Below are positions 39,217 through 49,149 of a stretch of 64,000 bases of DNA, in pieces. How positions within the stretch are numbered: position 1 is the first letter of the stretch; every line of letters begins with the position of its first letter. The notes under the pieces are model-generated. The model ran no database searches and was not told the DNA's origin. It saw only the letters and a program-made list of their open reading frames with translations. Position numbers and translations under genes: made by a program. This DNA is from Leptospiraceae bacterium (GTDB lineage: Bacteria > Spirochaetota > Leptospiria > Leptospirales > Leptospiraceae), in the NCBI GenBank assembly GCA_024233835.1, contig JACKPC010000001.1, forward strand, positions 1,477,442 through 1,541,441, written 5' to 3'.

Positions 39217-39921
39217 TCAAGCTTTCGGACTACAACTTTTTAAAGTAATTCCCTTATTTCTCAATCTTATCCGGAGCTTTTGTAAAAAATCTTTTCCGGG
39301 ATCCGTTTTTTCGGTTCGATAATCTCGCATTTTTTCTTTGAAGAAGGGATTTTTTTCACAGTCTGTATACTCATAATGGCCTATGAGAAATTCTATTTTT
39401 GGATATTTTTTTAAAAGATGTTCGACCAGCGCCAGGTTCGCTTCTAACTGCTTTTCACTTAGGCCCTTCGCATGAAATCCGACATTTTCTATTCCTATAC
39501 TGATGTGATTCAGGCCAATACAATGCCTTCCCATAAGAATTTCCGGAAAAATCCGGTAAATAGTCCCATCTTTATCTACAACAAAAGGTGTTCCCACATT
39601 ATAGTTTCCACCGGAACGAATGTCCTCTCTACCCTGAAGTCGATTCCCGTTAAAAATTTGATAGGTGGAAGAAAAATCCTGAGTTTCGGTTGAATGAATC
39701 ACGATGAAACGAGGTTCTATTTTTCCATCAGCCCTTATAAAGCCCTTTCCGTAGTGTAAATCTGCATATTCCCGGATGAGTTTGAGTCTTTCTTTCGGAG
39801 CAACGGGAATAGGTTTTTCGACAATAGATAGATTCTGGGGATAAAGCTCAAAAAAAGAAAGAAAAAGAAAATAAGGAAAGAAAAAGATTTGATTTTTTAG
39901 ACTCATTCTAAAAACTCCCAA
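39217..39921 (-). CDS. N-acetylmuramoyl-L-alanine amidase (Amidase_2/PGRP fold)
   Basis: Amidase_2 pattern (HSTE..., Zn-binding His/Cys region HCIGLNHISIGIE), signal peptide. Confidence 0.7.
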   Translation of the reverse strand: MGVFRMSLKNQIFFFPYFLFLSFFELYPQNLSIVEKPIPVAPKERLKLIREYADLHYGKGFIRADGKIEPRFIVIHSTETQDFSSTYQIFNGNRLQGREDIRSGGNYNVGTPFVVDKDGTIYRIFPEILMGRHCIGLNHISIGIENVGFHAKGLSEKQLEANLALVEHLLKKYPKIEFLIGHYEYTDCEKNPFFKEKMRDYRTEKTDPGKDFLQKLRIRLRNKGITLKSCSPKA

Positions 39922-39995
39922 AATAAGAAAGGTTTACAGGAAAACTCTTCTTAATCTATAAATAATGAACTCAGGTCAAGGAAAAAGGAGAAAAT

Positions 39996-40967
39996 ATGAG
40001 AATAAGTATTTTGGTTTTTAGCCTCTTTGTATTTATTATAAATTGCGGGCCCTCAGAAAAGATGAAAGATTTGAAAAAAAAAGCTGAATCTTTCGGGGCA
40101 ATTCCGGCAAAAATGCCCGGTTCAGAAAATGATACCCAGGATTTAATCGATCTCGGAAAAAAGCTGTTTTTTGAGAAGAAGCTTTCGGTTAACGATACAC
40201 AATCCTGCAATAGCTGTCATGATGTTCTGAATAAGAAAGGCGGAGTAGATAACGAACCTACTTCTCCGGGAGCACTGGGAAAACGTGGAGACAGAAACTC
40301 TCCTACCGTTTTAAATGCCGGTTATCACACAGCTCAATTCTGGGACGGAAGAGTAGCTGACTTAATCGGGCAAGCCAAAGGACCGATTACGAACCCGATT
40401 GAAATGGGCATGTTAAATGAAGCTGTAGTAGAAGAAAAAATTACTTCTATAGCAGACTACAAACCCCTTTTCGAAAAAGCTTTCCCCAAAGATGAGAAAA
40501 AGATCTCTTATGATAATATAGCAAAAGCGATTGCTGCTTTTGAAAGAACTCTGAAAACCAATGACAGGTTTGATGATTTTATTCGCGGAGATTTTAAGGC
40601 TCTAACTGAAGCAGAACTCAAAGGCTTTGAAACTTTCATGGCAAAGGGCTGCCAGTCCTGTCACAACGGTCCGCTTTTCGGGGGAAATTCTTTCCGCAAA
40701 TTAGGCCAGGTAAAACCATACGAAACAGAGGATCTCGGAAGATTTAATGTAAGCAAAAAGGAAGAAGATAAATTTGTATTTAAAGTTCCTTCTTTAAGAA
40801 ACATTGCATTAACAGCCCCTTATTTCCATGATGGCAAGGTAAAAACTCTCGAAGATGCTGTAAAACTAATGGGAACTCACCAGTTAGGAATCGAGTTGAA
40901 AGATAATGAAATTAAAGAAATTGTTACTTTCTTAAATAGCTTAACAGATAAGAATAAAGAAAGATAG
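39996..40967 (+). CDS. Di-heme cytochrome c peroxidase (CCP/MauG family)
   Basis: Two CxxCH heme sites (CNSCH, CQSCH), conserved Trp/Pro pattern between them, signal peptide. Confidence 0.85.
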   Translation: MRISILVFSLFVFIINCGPSEKMKDLKKKAESFGAIPAKMPGSENDTQDLIDLGKKLFFEKKLSVNDTQSCNSCHDVLNKKGGVDNEPTSPGALGKRGDRNSPTVLNAGYHTAQFWDGRVADLIGQAKGPITNPIEMGMLNEAVVEEKITSIADYKPLFEKAFPKDEKKISYDNIAKAIAAFERTLKTNDRFDDFIRGDFKALTEAELKGFETFMAKGCQSCHNGPLFGGNSFRKLGQVKPYETEDLGRFNVSKKEEDKFVFKVPSLRNIALTAPYFHDGKVKTLEDAVKLMGTHQLGIELKDNEIKEIVTFLNSLTDKNKER

Positions 40968-41033
40968 ATAGAACGATACTCCGTACATCACCATCGGATA
41001 CTTCGATATTCGATGGTGTGTTCTTCGCAAAAC

Positions 41034-42698
41034 CTAAAGACTCGGAAAAGATACTGTAAAGGTGGTTTTTTCTCCGGGCAAGCTCTCAAAGGAAATAGTT
41101 CCTGAATGTAATTCAACCATTTGTCTGGCGATAACAAGACCGAGTCCGGTTCCGACAATTTTTTTTGTATTACTTCCCCTAAAAAAAGAAGAAAAAATCT
41201 GCTCCTGTTCGGATTTGAGAATTCCGATTCCAAAATCTGTTATATGAATTTTCACTTCTGTTTCCTGATACTCTATCTTTATTTCAGGAGCCTTTTTATC
41301 CTGAGAATACTTCAGGGCATTACTTAAGAGATTACTAATAATATGACCAAAAAGAACCGGATCGACCGAGATCATCCGAATATCTCCTTCCTCTTCTAAA
41401 TCAATATCCTTCACCCTCTCATACTGGGAGAAATCATTTTCCATTATTTTTTGGATAAGAGGAGCTAAATTTGTCTTAATTGGATTGAATTGGATTCTTC
41501 CCGAATCAGCCCTGCCGAGTAAAAGAATATCATTTAAAAGGGTATTGATTTTTTCCACTCCGTATATAATTCTATCAATGTATTTCTGAAAATTTCCACT
41601 GGTTTCTGCATCGAGCTGCTTTTTTGCCAGCAGGGCAATGATTTCTGCACAGGATTGTATGGTAGCGAGGGGGTTTTTAAATTCATGCGATGCAGTCGAG
41701 ATAAATGCGGTTTTTAACTTATTCAATTCGATCTCTTTTATCAAAGCCTGGTTAATTCCTTCTCTTGCCTTCTTCTGTACCGTATTATCAAAACGAATGG
41801 CAAGAAACTGAAAGGGCTCTCCCTTTTCATCAACAAAAGGAATGATAGTTGTATCAAGCCAGTACGTGGAACCATCTTTTGCTGCATTACAAATTTCTCC
41901 TTTCCAGACCCTACCGGAAAGAATTGTTTTCCATAAATCTTCAAAAAATTCCCTCGGATGAACATCAGATTTCATCACCCTCGGATTTTTCCCGATAATT
42001 TCTTCTGCTTTATACTGAGAAATCTTACAGAAAGTATCATTAACTGAAGTAATGGTTCCATTTCTGTCTGTATATACAATAGCAGCAGAAGTATTCAGGG
42101 CAGATTGGTAAGCAGTAAGTTTGGCATTTGCATTTTTTAATTCCCGGGTTTTCATATCCACTAACTCCTGTAGATGATTTTGATAAATCTCCAGATCGGA
42201 TTTTTGTTCTTTTATTGTTTTAATGGACTGCGAGAGATTTAACATGGCTCGAACCCTGGAAAATAACTCGGCAAATTTTACGGGTTTTTGGATAAAATCC
42301 ACAGCTCCAGCTTCGAGGAAAGCTTTGCATTCTTTCAAATCTACTTCTCTTGCCGAACAAAGAATAATCGGGATTTGTTTGGTTTCTTTATAGGAAGCGA
42401 TTTTTTTTATAGCAGCAATGCCATCCATTTCGGGCATAATCCAATCCATAATTATGAGGTCGGGCATTTTATGAGTGGCAATTTGAATAGCTTCCTGTCC
42501 GTTTTCTGCCTCGTAGAAAATATAGGGATCTTCGCTGGAGAGAACCTGCTTCATAGTTGAGCGCAAAAATGGGTCATCATCTGCCAGTAAGATCTTATAA
42601 ACTGCTTTTTCCATATAATTCAAAATATTTTTTGTTTTCATCTTTTGTAAAGGAAATAGCGGTGTTTCTCTTTTTTTATGTGATTTCTTTTCTCTCAT
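41034..42698 (-). CDS. Hybrid response-regulator/histidine kinase (REC-PAS-HisKA-HATPase_c)
   Basis: Receiver motifs (DD...D in DLIIMDWIMPEMDG), PAS, H-box ASHEFKNPL, G-boxes DFGIGI / GTGLGL. Confidence 0.85.
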   Translation of the reverse strand: MREKKSHKKRETPLFPLQKMKTKNILNYMEKAVYKILLADDDPFLRSTMKQVLSSEDPYIFYEAENGQEAIQIATHKMPDLIIMDWIMPEMDGIAAIKKIASYKETKQIPIILCSAREVDLKECKAFLEAGAVDFIQKPVKFAELFSRVRAMLNLSQSIKTIKEQKSDLEIYQNHLQELVDMKTRELKNANAKLTAYQSALNTSAAIVYTDRNGTITSVNDTFCKISQYKAEEIIGKNPRVMKSDVHPREFFEDLWKTILSGRVWKGEICNAAKDGSTYWLDTTIIPFVDEKGEPFQFLAIRFDNTVQKKAREGINQALIKEIELNKLKTAFISTASHEFKNPLATIQSCAEIIALLAKKQLDAETSGNFQKYIDRIIYGVEKINTLLNDILLLGRADSGRIQFNPIKTNLAPLIQKIMENDFSQYERVKDIDLEEEGDIRMISVDPVLFGHIISNLLSNALKYSQDKKAPEIKIEYQETEVKIHITDFGIGILKSEQEQIFSSFFRGSNTKKIVGTGLGLVIARQMVELHSGTISFESLPGEKTTFTVSFPSL

Positions 42699-42762
42699 TT
42701 TTTTATACTGGACTTTTATTCAAAAAAACTAAAGTATTTAAGGGTAAGGATTTTAGATACCC

Positions 42763-43959
42763 ATGAAAGACCAGGAAAATTCCAAGATTGATTTTGATAA
42801 AGAATTCAGCATGATTACCAATTCCCCGGATGATCCCAGAAGTTCTAAGCGCTGGGGTTATATAACCGCCCTTCCGAGTGAATACCTGATTCATTTTAAA
42901 AAAGGAAAATTGAATGAGAAAAGTAGCGGTCAGGGTGCCAGTTGTTTTAAGTGGCCGAGGGATACCGTTTTTATAATCCCTACCAGCATGAAAGAGATTG
43001 TTTTTAAAGCCAACCAGCTTACCTCAGACAATGTGGATATAAAAGTTCGAGGGATGGTAGTTTATAAAATCAATAACCCTCTGAAAATATATAAGTTAAT
43101 TAACTTTTCCAATCGTCCGCTTGCTGAAGAAAAATTGGGTCATATGATAGCCGATATGTGTCGCTCCTATGTAAAAGAGCTGGTAGCTGTTTTAAGCGTA
43201 GAAGACTGTATTCGAAAACGTAAAGAAGGTATAGCTGAAACTTTAAAAAAGAGTCTTTCTGATGTAGTAAGCAGGGAAAATGAAGGCTGGGGTGTAGAAA
43301 TAGTCACAGTAAATGTGCAGGATATTTTTATCCAGGATCTGGAAATCTTCCAGGCTATGCAAATGCTGTATAAAAGCGATAAAATCCGCGAATCCAAATT
43401 AGCAGAAATCCAAACAGAAAAAGAATTGGAAATTCGTCGATTGAGCAATGAAAAAGCCCTCGGTGAACACCGAAAAGCAGCAGAACTGGAAAAGCAGGAA
43501 ATTAAAGCCGAATTGAGAGAAAATGAAATTATACTGAGTCGAAAAAACGAAGAAAAGCAATTTGGACTGGATCAGTACCGGGCAGAAGAAGAAGAAAAAC
43601 TAAAAGAGTTTCGGCAAAATAAAGACCTGGAGCTTAAGAAAAAAGTTCTGGATTTTGAAACAGACAGCGAGAGAAAAAAAGCAGAAGCCAGTAGTATTCT
43701 ACATGGAGAAGAGTTAAGCTATCTCGAAAAACGTCTGTCTATAGAAAAGAACGGCAGCCCCTATAGTTTAGAAAGGGAATTTATAGATAAAGCCTTACCT
43801 CAAATTATTTCTGCTATGACTGAAAATATGGGAGACGTTCGATACAATATTATACAGGGCGAAAAAGGAGAGGGAAATATTTTTACACTGGTTTTAAACC
43901 AGGCCCTTGAAATTCTCAGGGAAAAACAGGACAGGATAAGGATGGATAAGCATGAATAA
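42763..43959 (+). CDS. SPFH/Band-7 (flotillin-like) protein with a long coiled-coil tail
   Basis: SPFH domain pattern followed by a Glu/Lys-rich coiled coil. Confidence 0.7.
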   Translation: MKDQENSKIDFDKEFSMITNSPDDPRSSKRWGYITALPSEYLIHFKKGKLNEKSSGQGASCFKWPRDTVFIIPTSMKEIVFKANQLTSDNVDIKVRGMVVYKINNPLKIYKLINFSNRPLAEEKLGHMIADMCRSYVKELVAVLSVEDCIRKRKEGIAETLKKSLSDVVSRENEGWGVEIVTVNVQDIFIQDLEIFQAMQMLYKSDKIRESKLAEIQTEKELEIRRLSNEKALGEHRKAAELEKQEIKAELRENEIILSRKNEEKQFGLDQYRAEEEEKLKEFRQNKDLELKKKVLDFETDSERKKAEASSILHGEELSYLEKRLSIEKNGSPYSLEREFIDKALPQIISAMTENMGDVRYNIIQGEKGEGNIFTLVLNQALEILREKQDRIRMDKHE

Positions 43960-44593
43960 GTTATTTCTAATACTTCCTCTTATAATACCATTATTATACT
44001 GTGATAGACCGGATAAAAAATTGTATGACACTTATCACGAAAATGTATCGGGTGTAGAGCTAAATGATGAAACCATAAAAAACTATATAAAAGTCACCAA
44101 AGCCCTGCATAAATTTGGAAAAGGCATTCCGGAAAAACTGGCTAAAAAAGGAGAAGGCATCGAAAGCGGAACTGAACTATTCAAAGAAATAGAAACGGCA
44201 ATAAAAGAAGGTGGATTTAAAAGTTTTGCAGATTATGTGAGGGTCAATGCAAAAATTGCCTGGGCATGGAATGTTTCGCAGGGAGAAATCGGTATGCTTC
44301 GTTTCGATAAACTCCAAAAGGACAGTGAAAAACAACTTATAGAAGCAATTCATAACCCGGATGTGCCACAAGAAACGAAAGAAGAACTCAAGAAAAGTTT
44401 GAAGCAGCTTCAGGACAGTTATAAGAATAATAAAAAATACGCAGATATTGCGATGAAATTTGTGCGTCCTCTCACGAATGATAAGGATCTGGCCATCATA
44501 AAAAAATACCAGAAGGAGCTGATGGAAGCCTATACCGGTATTCCGATTCAACAATTAGAAGAAATACAACCTTCACTTTTCCTCACAGATTAG
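43952..44593 (+). CDS. Lipoprotein, hypothetical (overlaps the flotillin gene by 8 nt)
   Basis: Lipobox LLYC after a hydrophobic signal; Lys/Glu-rich helical body. Confidence 0.5.
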   Translation: MNKLFLILPLIIPLLYCDRPDKKLYDTYHENVSGVELNDETIKNYIKVTKALHKFGKGIPEKLAKKGEGIESGTELFKEIETAIKEGGFKSFADYVRVNAKIAWAWNVSQGEIGMLRFDKLQKDSEKQLIEAIHNPDVPQETKEELKKSLKQLQDSYKNNKKYADIAMKFVRPLTNDKDLAIIKKYQKELMEAYTGIPIQQLEEIQPSLFLTD

Positions 44594-44686
44594 GCTTTTA
44601 CAAACTATTGACAGAAAAGAAGTCCTGAAAACTAATACTTTCAGGACGTTTTTATAGCCTATTTTATTTAATTTACTCGGTTCAAT

Positions 44687-45814
44687 ATGAAAAATAAAGC
44701 CAACAATACAGAAAAAGAAGAAAAGGTAGAAAAAAAGAAAGAGGGGGGTTCGACCCGTTCCTTGATTTTTATGCTTCTTCTGGTTTTTGCATTTAAATCC
44801 AGTTTTCTGGATGCAAATAATATTCCCTCAGGTTCCATGATTCCAACCTTAAAGATTGGAGATTTTCTTTTTGTAAATAAAATGCGGTATTCGTTTCGAA
44901 TGCCTTTTACGGAAGACGAAGTATTTCGTTTTGATAACCCTAAAAGGGGGGATATTGTTACTTTCGCTCCTCCTCCCTCCGCTATGCCCGGTGAATACTA
45001 CGGAGAAACTTTTAGCAGACGGGTTCTTCGGAAAATAATGCCGAGTTTATTCTCCAAGCGCTTTGTGAAACGCGTATTAGGAATGCCGGGAGACAAAATT
45101 CGATTCAGCACAAGAAGTATCAAAGATATAAAAGGAAAAGTTATAAACTATACGATTCTCGAATACCAGGAAAAAGGCTCAAAAGAATTTAAAGATTATA
45201 GCCCGGTTGCTATTGAACCGGGTAATGAGTTGAAGGATCTGGATAACGTATGGGCAATGGACAAATCACTCTTCTTGGAGAAAAAACAGAACTTCCAGCA
45301 CTTTGTTTTAGAAGGGGAAGGTCGGGGTAATTTTCGATTTCTATTTGCTCATTGCGAAATGGATAAAGCCGGAATCCGGGAAGAAACGATACCGGATGAT
45401 TATAGTACAGGAAATATTGAATTTTTAAAGTCTTATTGTAATAACGAAAGAATAGGGACTATACCGGATGACTATTATCTTGTAATGGGAGATAACCGGG
45501 AGGATTCCAGCGATTCACGGTACTGGGGTCTTGTCAAACGAGAAGATATATTAGGAAAAGCTATGGTTATTTATCTTTCTATAAACTGGAAAGACAGTAA
45601 ATGTAGCCAGTTGTATACAAGAGCTATTCACGGACTACCCGTAGATGATGTGGATGAAAAAGAACTGCTTAAAATCTGCCATCCTTCGGAGTTGAATGTT
45701 CAGGAGCCGGAAAGAGGCTTTCGAGTTCTGAAGTCCTGGATAGAAAAAACCCTATGGTACCGCTTTGCCCGGATGGAATTTAGATGGAAGAGAATCGGAA
45801 AAATCCTGAAGTAG
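44687..45814 (+). CDS. lepB: Signal peptidase I with a large insertion
   Basis: Box B SGSMIPTL (catalytic Ser), box D/E GDNREDSSDSRYWG, N-terminal TM. Confidence 0.85.
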   Translation: MKNKANNTEKEEKVEKKKEGGSTRSLIFMLLLVFAFKSSFLDANNIPSGSMIPTLKIGDFLFVNKMRYSFRMPFTEDEVFRFDNPKRGDIVTFAPPPSAMPGEYYGETFSRRVLRKIMPSLFSKRFVKRVLGMPGDKIRFSTRSIKDIKGKVINYTILEYQEKGSKEFKDYSPVAIEPGNELKDLDNVWAMDKSLFLEKKQNFQHFVLEGEGRGNFRFLFAHCEMDKAGIREETIPDDYSTGNIEFLKSYCNNERIGTIPDDYYLVMGDNREDSSDSRYWGLVKREDILGKAMVIYLSINWKDSKCSQLYTRAIHGLPVDDVDEKELLKICHPSELNVQEPERGFRVLKSWIEKTLWYRFARMEFRWKRIGKILK

Positions 45815-46032
45815 AAAATTTCGGAACCAAAAAAGTATCGGCCCGTTCCCTCTGGGAACTTTCTTCTCTCGGAATTGAGATGGGGGTTATCATGGCAGGC
45901 TTTGCTTTTTTAGGTCAGTACCTTGATAGAAAATTTGGATATGCACCTTACCTATTGTTAGCGTGCAGCTTTGTAGGTTTTTTTGCAGGTATTTATATAG
46001 TAATTAAAAGAGTAAAGGAAGCAAGTAAATGA
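45784..46032 (+). CDS. AtpZ/AtpI-like small membrane protein (putative F0F1-ATPase gene-1 family), standalone
   Basis: LSSLGIEMGVIMAGFAFLGQYLDRKFGYAPYLLL matches the ATPase_gene1 consensus. Overlaps lepB at its 5' end and the kinase gene at its 3' end. Confidence 0.45.
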   Translation: MEENRKNPEVENFGTKKVSARSLWELSSLGIEMGVIMAGFAFLGQYLDRKFGYAPYLLLACSFVGFFAGIYIVIKRVKEASK

Positions 46033-46967
46033 AGCGCCTTCTCATTATTAATCCAAAAAGTAAAAATGGTAAAGCAGAAAAAGCTTTTCTGAAAATAGAG
46101 CCGACTCTGAGAGAGAACCTGGGAGATTTTGATGTATACAGAACCAAAGCTCCCAAAGACTGTACGAGCCGGGTAAGAACCTGTCTTCTTCATAAACAAT
46201 ATGACCAGATTCTAATAGCCGGCGGAGATGGCTCCGTGAACGAAGCTACGAACGGTTATTTTGATGAAGGAAAACTTATTGATACCAACATTCCTTTCGG
46301 TGTCATAAATCTGGGTACCGGTGGAGACTTTATAAAAACACTCCATATTGAAAGCCCGGATTATATGCAGGCTCTAAAAGAGAACCGTTTTACAAAAGTA
46401 AATTGCGGCATCACACATTATGAAGAAGGAAAAAGTCCCCAGTATTTTATGAATATTAGTTCTGTAGGACTGGGTGGAGATGTAAATAAATCGCTAAAAT
46501 CTTCCAATCTGCAAAGATGGGGAACCCTTGCTTTCTTTTATAGCAGTATAAAAATGCTGATTAAATACACCCCCCCCGCCTGTACATTAAGAATACGTAA
46601 AACAGGAGAAGAAAACTGGACAGAAGTTAATACCAGTTTGATAAACTTTTTCGTTTGTAATGCACAATTTAGCGGAGGCGGGATGCACTGGGCTCCAAAC
46701 GCAAGTTTGACAGCCGATAACTTTGAAATTGTCCATGTAAAAGCTATATCCAAATGGAGATTGTTTTTTGAATCACACAAGGTATATTCGGGAAATGTTT
46801 CCCAAATGTCCGGTGTTACCCTTTATCAAGGAAGTGAAATTCAGGTAATCCCGGAAGGCTATAGTACCCAGGAGCTTGACGGCGAAATCCGAGACATAGA
46901 AGAAGGACATATCCCGAAGGAGTTTAACTACCGCCTGATTCCAAAAGCTATCCCGGTGAATTTGTAA
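46029..46967 (+). CDS. Diacylglycerol/lipid kinase catalytic-domain protein (YegS/DgkA-like)
   Basis: DAGK_cat motifs ILIAGGDGSVNEATNG and GTGGDF. Confidence 0.8.
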   Translation: MKRLLIINPKSKNGKAEKAFLKIEPTLRENLGDFDVYRTKAPKDCTSRVRTCLLHKQYDQILIAGGDGSVNEATNGYFDEGKLIDTNIPFGVINLGTGGDFIKTLHIESPDYMQALKENRFTKVNCGITHYEEGKSPQYFMNISSVGLGGDVNKSLKSSNLQRWGTLAFFYSSIKMLIKYTPPACTLRIRKTGEENWTEVNTSLINFFVCNAQFSGGGMHWAPNASLTADNFEIVHVKAISKWRLFFESHKVYSGNVSQMSGVTLYQGSEIQVIPEGYSTQELDGEIRDIEEGHIPKEFNYRLIPKAIPVNL

Positions 46968-47805
46968 CAGGCAAACCTATACACCAGGGAATGGCCACGA
47001 TCATTCCCTGTGACAAGAATTCTATAGGGCATTGAGTTCGGTAAAAATATTATGTCTCATACTTTTTTATGTATTTATTATGTTTACTGCTTACATTCCT
47101 TTTTTTTAATAGCCTTAAAAACTCTGCATTAAATACAAAAACCTTTGGCTCAGAACGGGTATTTGTATCATCTGATGAACTTCTAAAGATGCATATATCC
47201 AAAAAAACCGCAAAGGAAGAATGGGAGTATTCTCCCAAACGATTGTATGAAACCTATTTCAACAGGAAAGCCTGGGGTAAAGGAAAAGAACTCAGTATCA
47301 AAGAGTTTATATGTAAATAATCCCCATGTACAATTTGCTCTAAGAGAGAGTATAAATTTCTTATTGTATACCTTAAAGAAAAGTATTGATGAAATTATCC
47401 TTCTGCATGATAAAGGCAGTAGTTCTCTTCGACTCACTACGTTCGCTCAGGAGCCACTCTGTTGGCTGAGAGAGTGAAACAAGTAGAAGCCAAGTGTTTA
47501 TTGAGTGAAGTCGAAATGAACATATATTAGAATAATGCATTGAATACAATAAGAAGTGTTCTTCACCTAATTTCTAAATTATTAGATAAGAAAAATTCCC
47601 CTCCTTTAACTAATTTATTAGATATATCTTATATATTTCATAAGGACTTGTAATAAGCATAGGGTTTAAATTCTCCGAAAAATAAAGAAATAATCAAAAA
47701 GTCTTTAAAAAAGGAACGCAATCTATTTAAATTAAATATAAATCCGGGAGGGCAGAAAAAGCTTGCAATTTTACGATTTTCATAGAAAATATACCCTATA
47801 GAGCA

Positions 47806-49149
47806 ATGGCTCCACTACCTATGAAACCTCTTTTACTTTTCTTTTTTACTTTTATTTGCTTATCTCCTCCTTCTGTGAATGCTTTCGAAACCCTGAAATT
47901 AGAAGACTGCATTCGGGAGGCCTCCTTAAACAATCCGGATCTTTTATCTGCAAAGCTTGACTATGAAAAAGCTATCTTTGAATACAAGAAATCTTACTCA
48001 AACTTCCTGCCCGAAATCAGTCTTTTTACAACTTATCGCAGGCAATTCAATCAAAGTCCTTTCTCCAATACTATAAGCTCAACTTCCTCTACCTCTAACA
48101 GCAACAATACAAGCACAACAAACAGTAACTCCGGTTCTCCCTATTCCAACCAGTATAGTATCGGTGTAAATGCAAATCAGAATCTTTTTGCCGGACTTCG
48201 AGATAAAAATCAGCTAAAAAGTCTGGATTTGAATGTTAAAGTTTCGGTTCAGACCCTGAGGGATAAAAAACTACAAATCTCTTATGAACTGGCCAATGCT
48301 TTTATTGAAACATTATATTCACAATTACTAATTAATCTATTAGAAGAGATTCAAAAGCGCAGGTTACTCAATAAAAAACTGGTGCAACTTTATTACGAAG
48401 GCGGCAAGGAACACAGGGGAAACTATGAATTAAGTGAGGCCGGTTTAAAGTTGGCTGAGTATGAGTTAGAACTTGCAAAAAGAAATCTCATTATTAACCT
48501 GGCAGATCTCTCCCGTGTTCTCGGAAAAAAGCCAGGCGGGACTTTCAAACTTCAGGGAGAATTAATACCCAAATCTGAGTTGAACATACCCGATTACGAA
48601 ATACTGGCGTCCTCTCATCCCATAATCTTATCCGAAGTATATAAAATGCGAATGGCCAGGCTTGCTGTAGATACAGCGGAAAGTCAATTTTACCCGGAAT
48701 TAAACCTGAGCCTCAGTGCTTCCCAGAGAGATACCGACTGGTTTCCCAAAAAGAAATCCATGTATTATTCTTTAAGCTTTGAATATCCTCTCTTCCGTGG
48801 AGGAAAAGATTATTATAATGTTCGAATAAATCAAACTTTATATCGACAATCTATTCAATCCTATCGTTCTAAGAAAAACCAGCTTCTCTTTGATCTTGAA
48901 AAGTCTTATCAAAGTTTTTTAGTTCTCTCTGAGAAAATAAAAGTTTTGGAGAAATATTTAGAAGCTTCTTCTTTGCGAGCCAAGATTGCAAGAGTTCAAT
49001 ATTCTAATGGACTTTTACGCTTTGAAAACTGGGACATTATTGAAAGTGATGTAATCCAAAGACAGAAGAATTTACTTACCGGACAAAAAGAAGCAAGTCT
49101 TGCAGAATATATTTGGAAAAAAAATAAAGGAGAAAGCCTTATACCATGA
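47806..49149 (+). CDS. TolC-family outer-membrane efflux protein with a Ser/Thr/Asn-rich insert
   Basis: Signal peptide and two OEP-like repeats; low-complexity tract SSTSSTSNSNNTSTTNSNSGS. Confidence 0.75.
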   Translation: MAPLPMKPLLLFFFTFICLSPPSVNAFETLKLEDCIREASLNNPDLLSAKLDYEKAIFEYKKSYSNFLPEISLFTTYRRQFNQSPFSNTISSTSSTSNSNNTSTTNSNSGSPYSNQYSIGVNANQNLFAGLRDKNQLKSLDLNVKVSVQTLRDKKLQISYELANAFIETLYSQLLINLLEEIQKRRLLNKKLVQLYYEGGKEHRGNYELSEAGLKLAEYELELAKRNLIINLADLSRVLGKKPGGTFKLQGELIPKSELNIPDYEILASSHPIILSEVYKMRMARLAVDTAESQFYPELNLSLSASQRDTDWFPKKKSMYYSLSFEYPLFRGGKDYYNVRINQTLYRQSIQSYRSKKNQLLFDLEKSYQSFLVLSEKIKVLEKYLEASSLRAKIARVQYSNGLLRFENWDIIESDVIQRQKNLLTGQKEASLAEYIWKKNKGESLIP

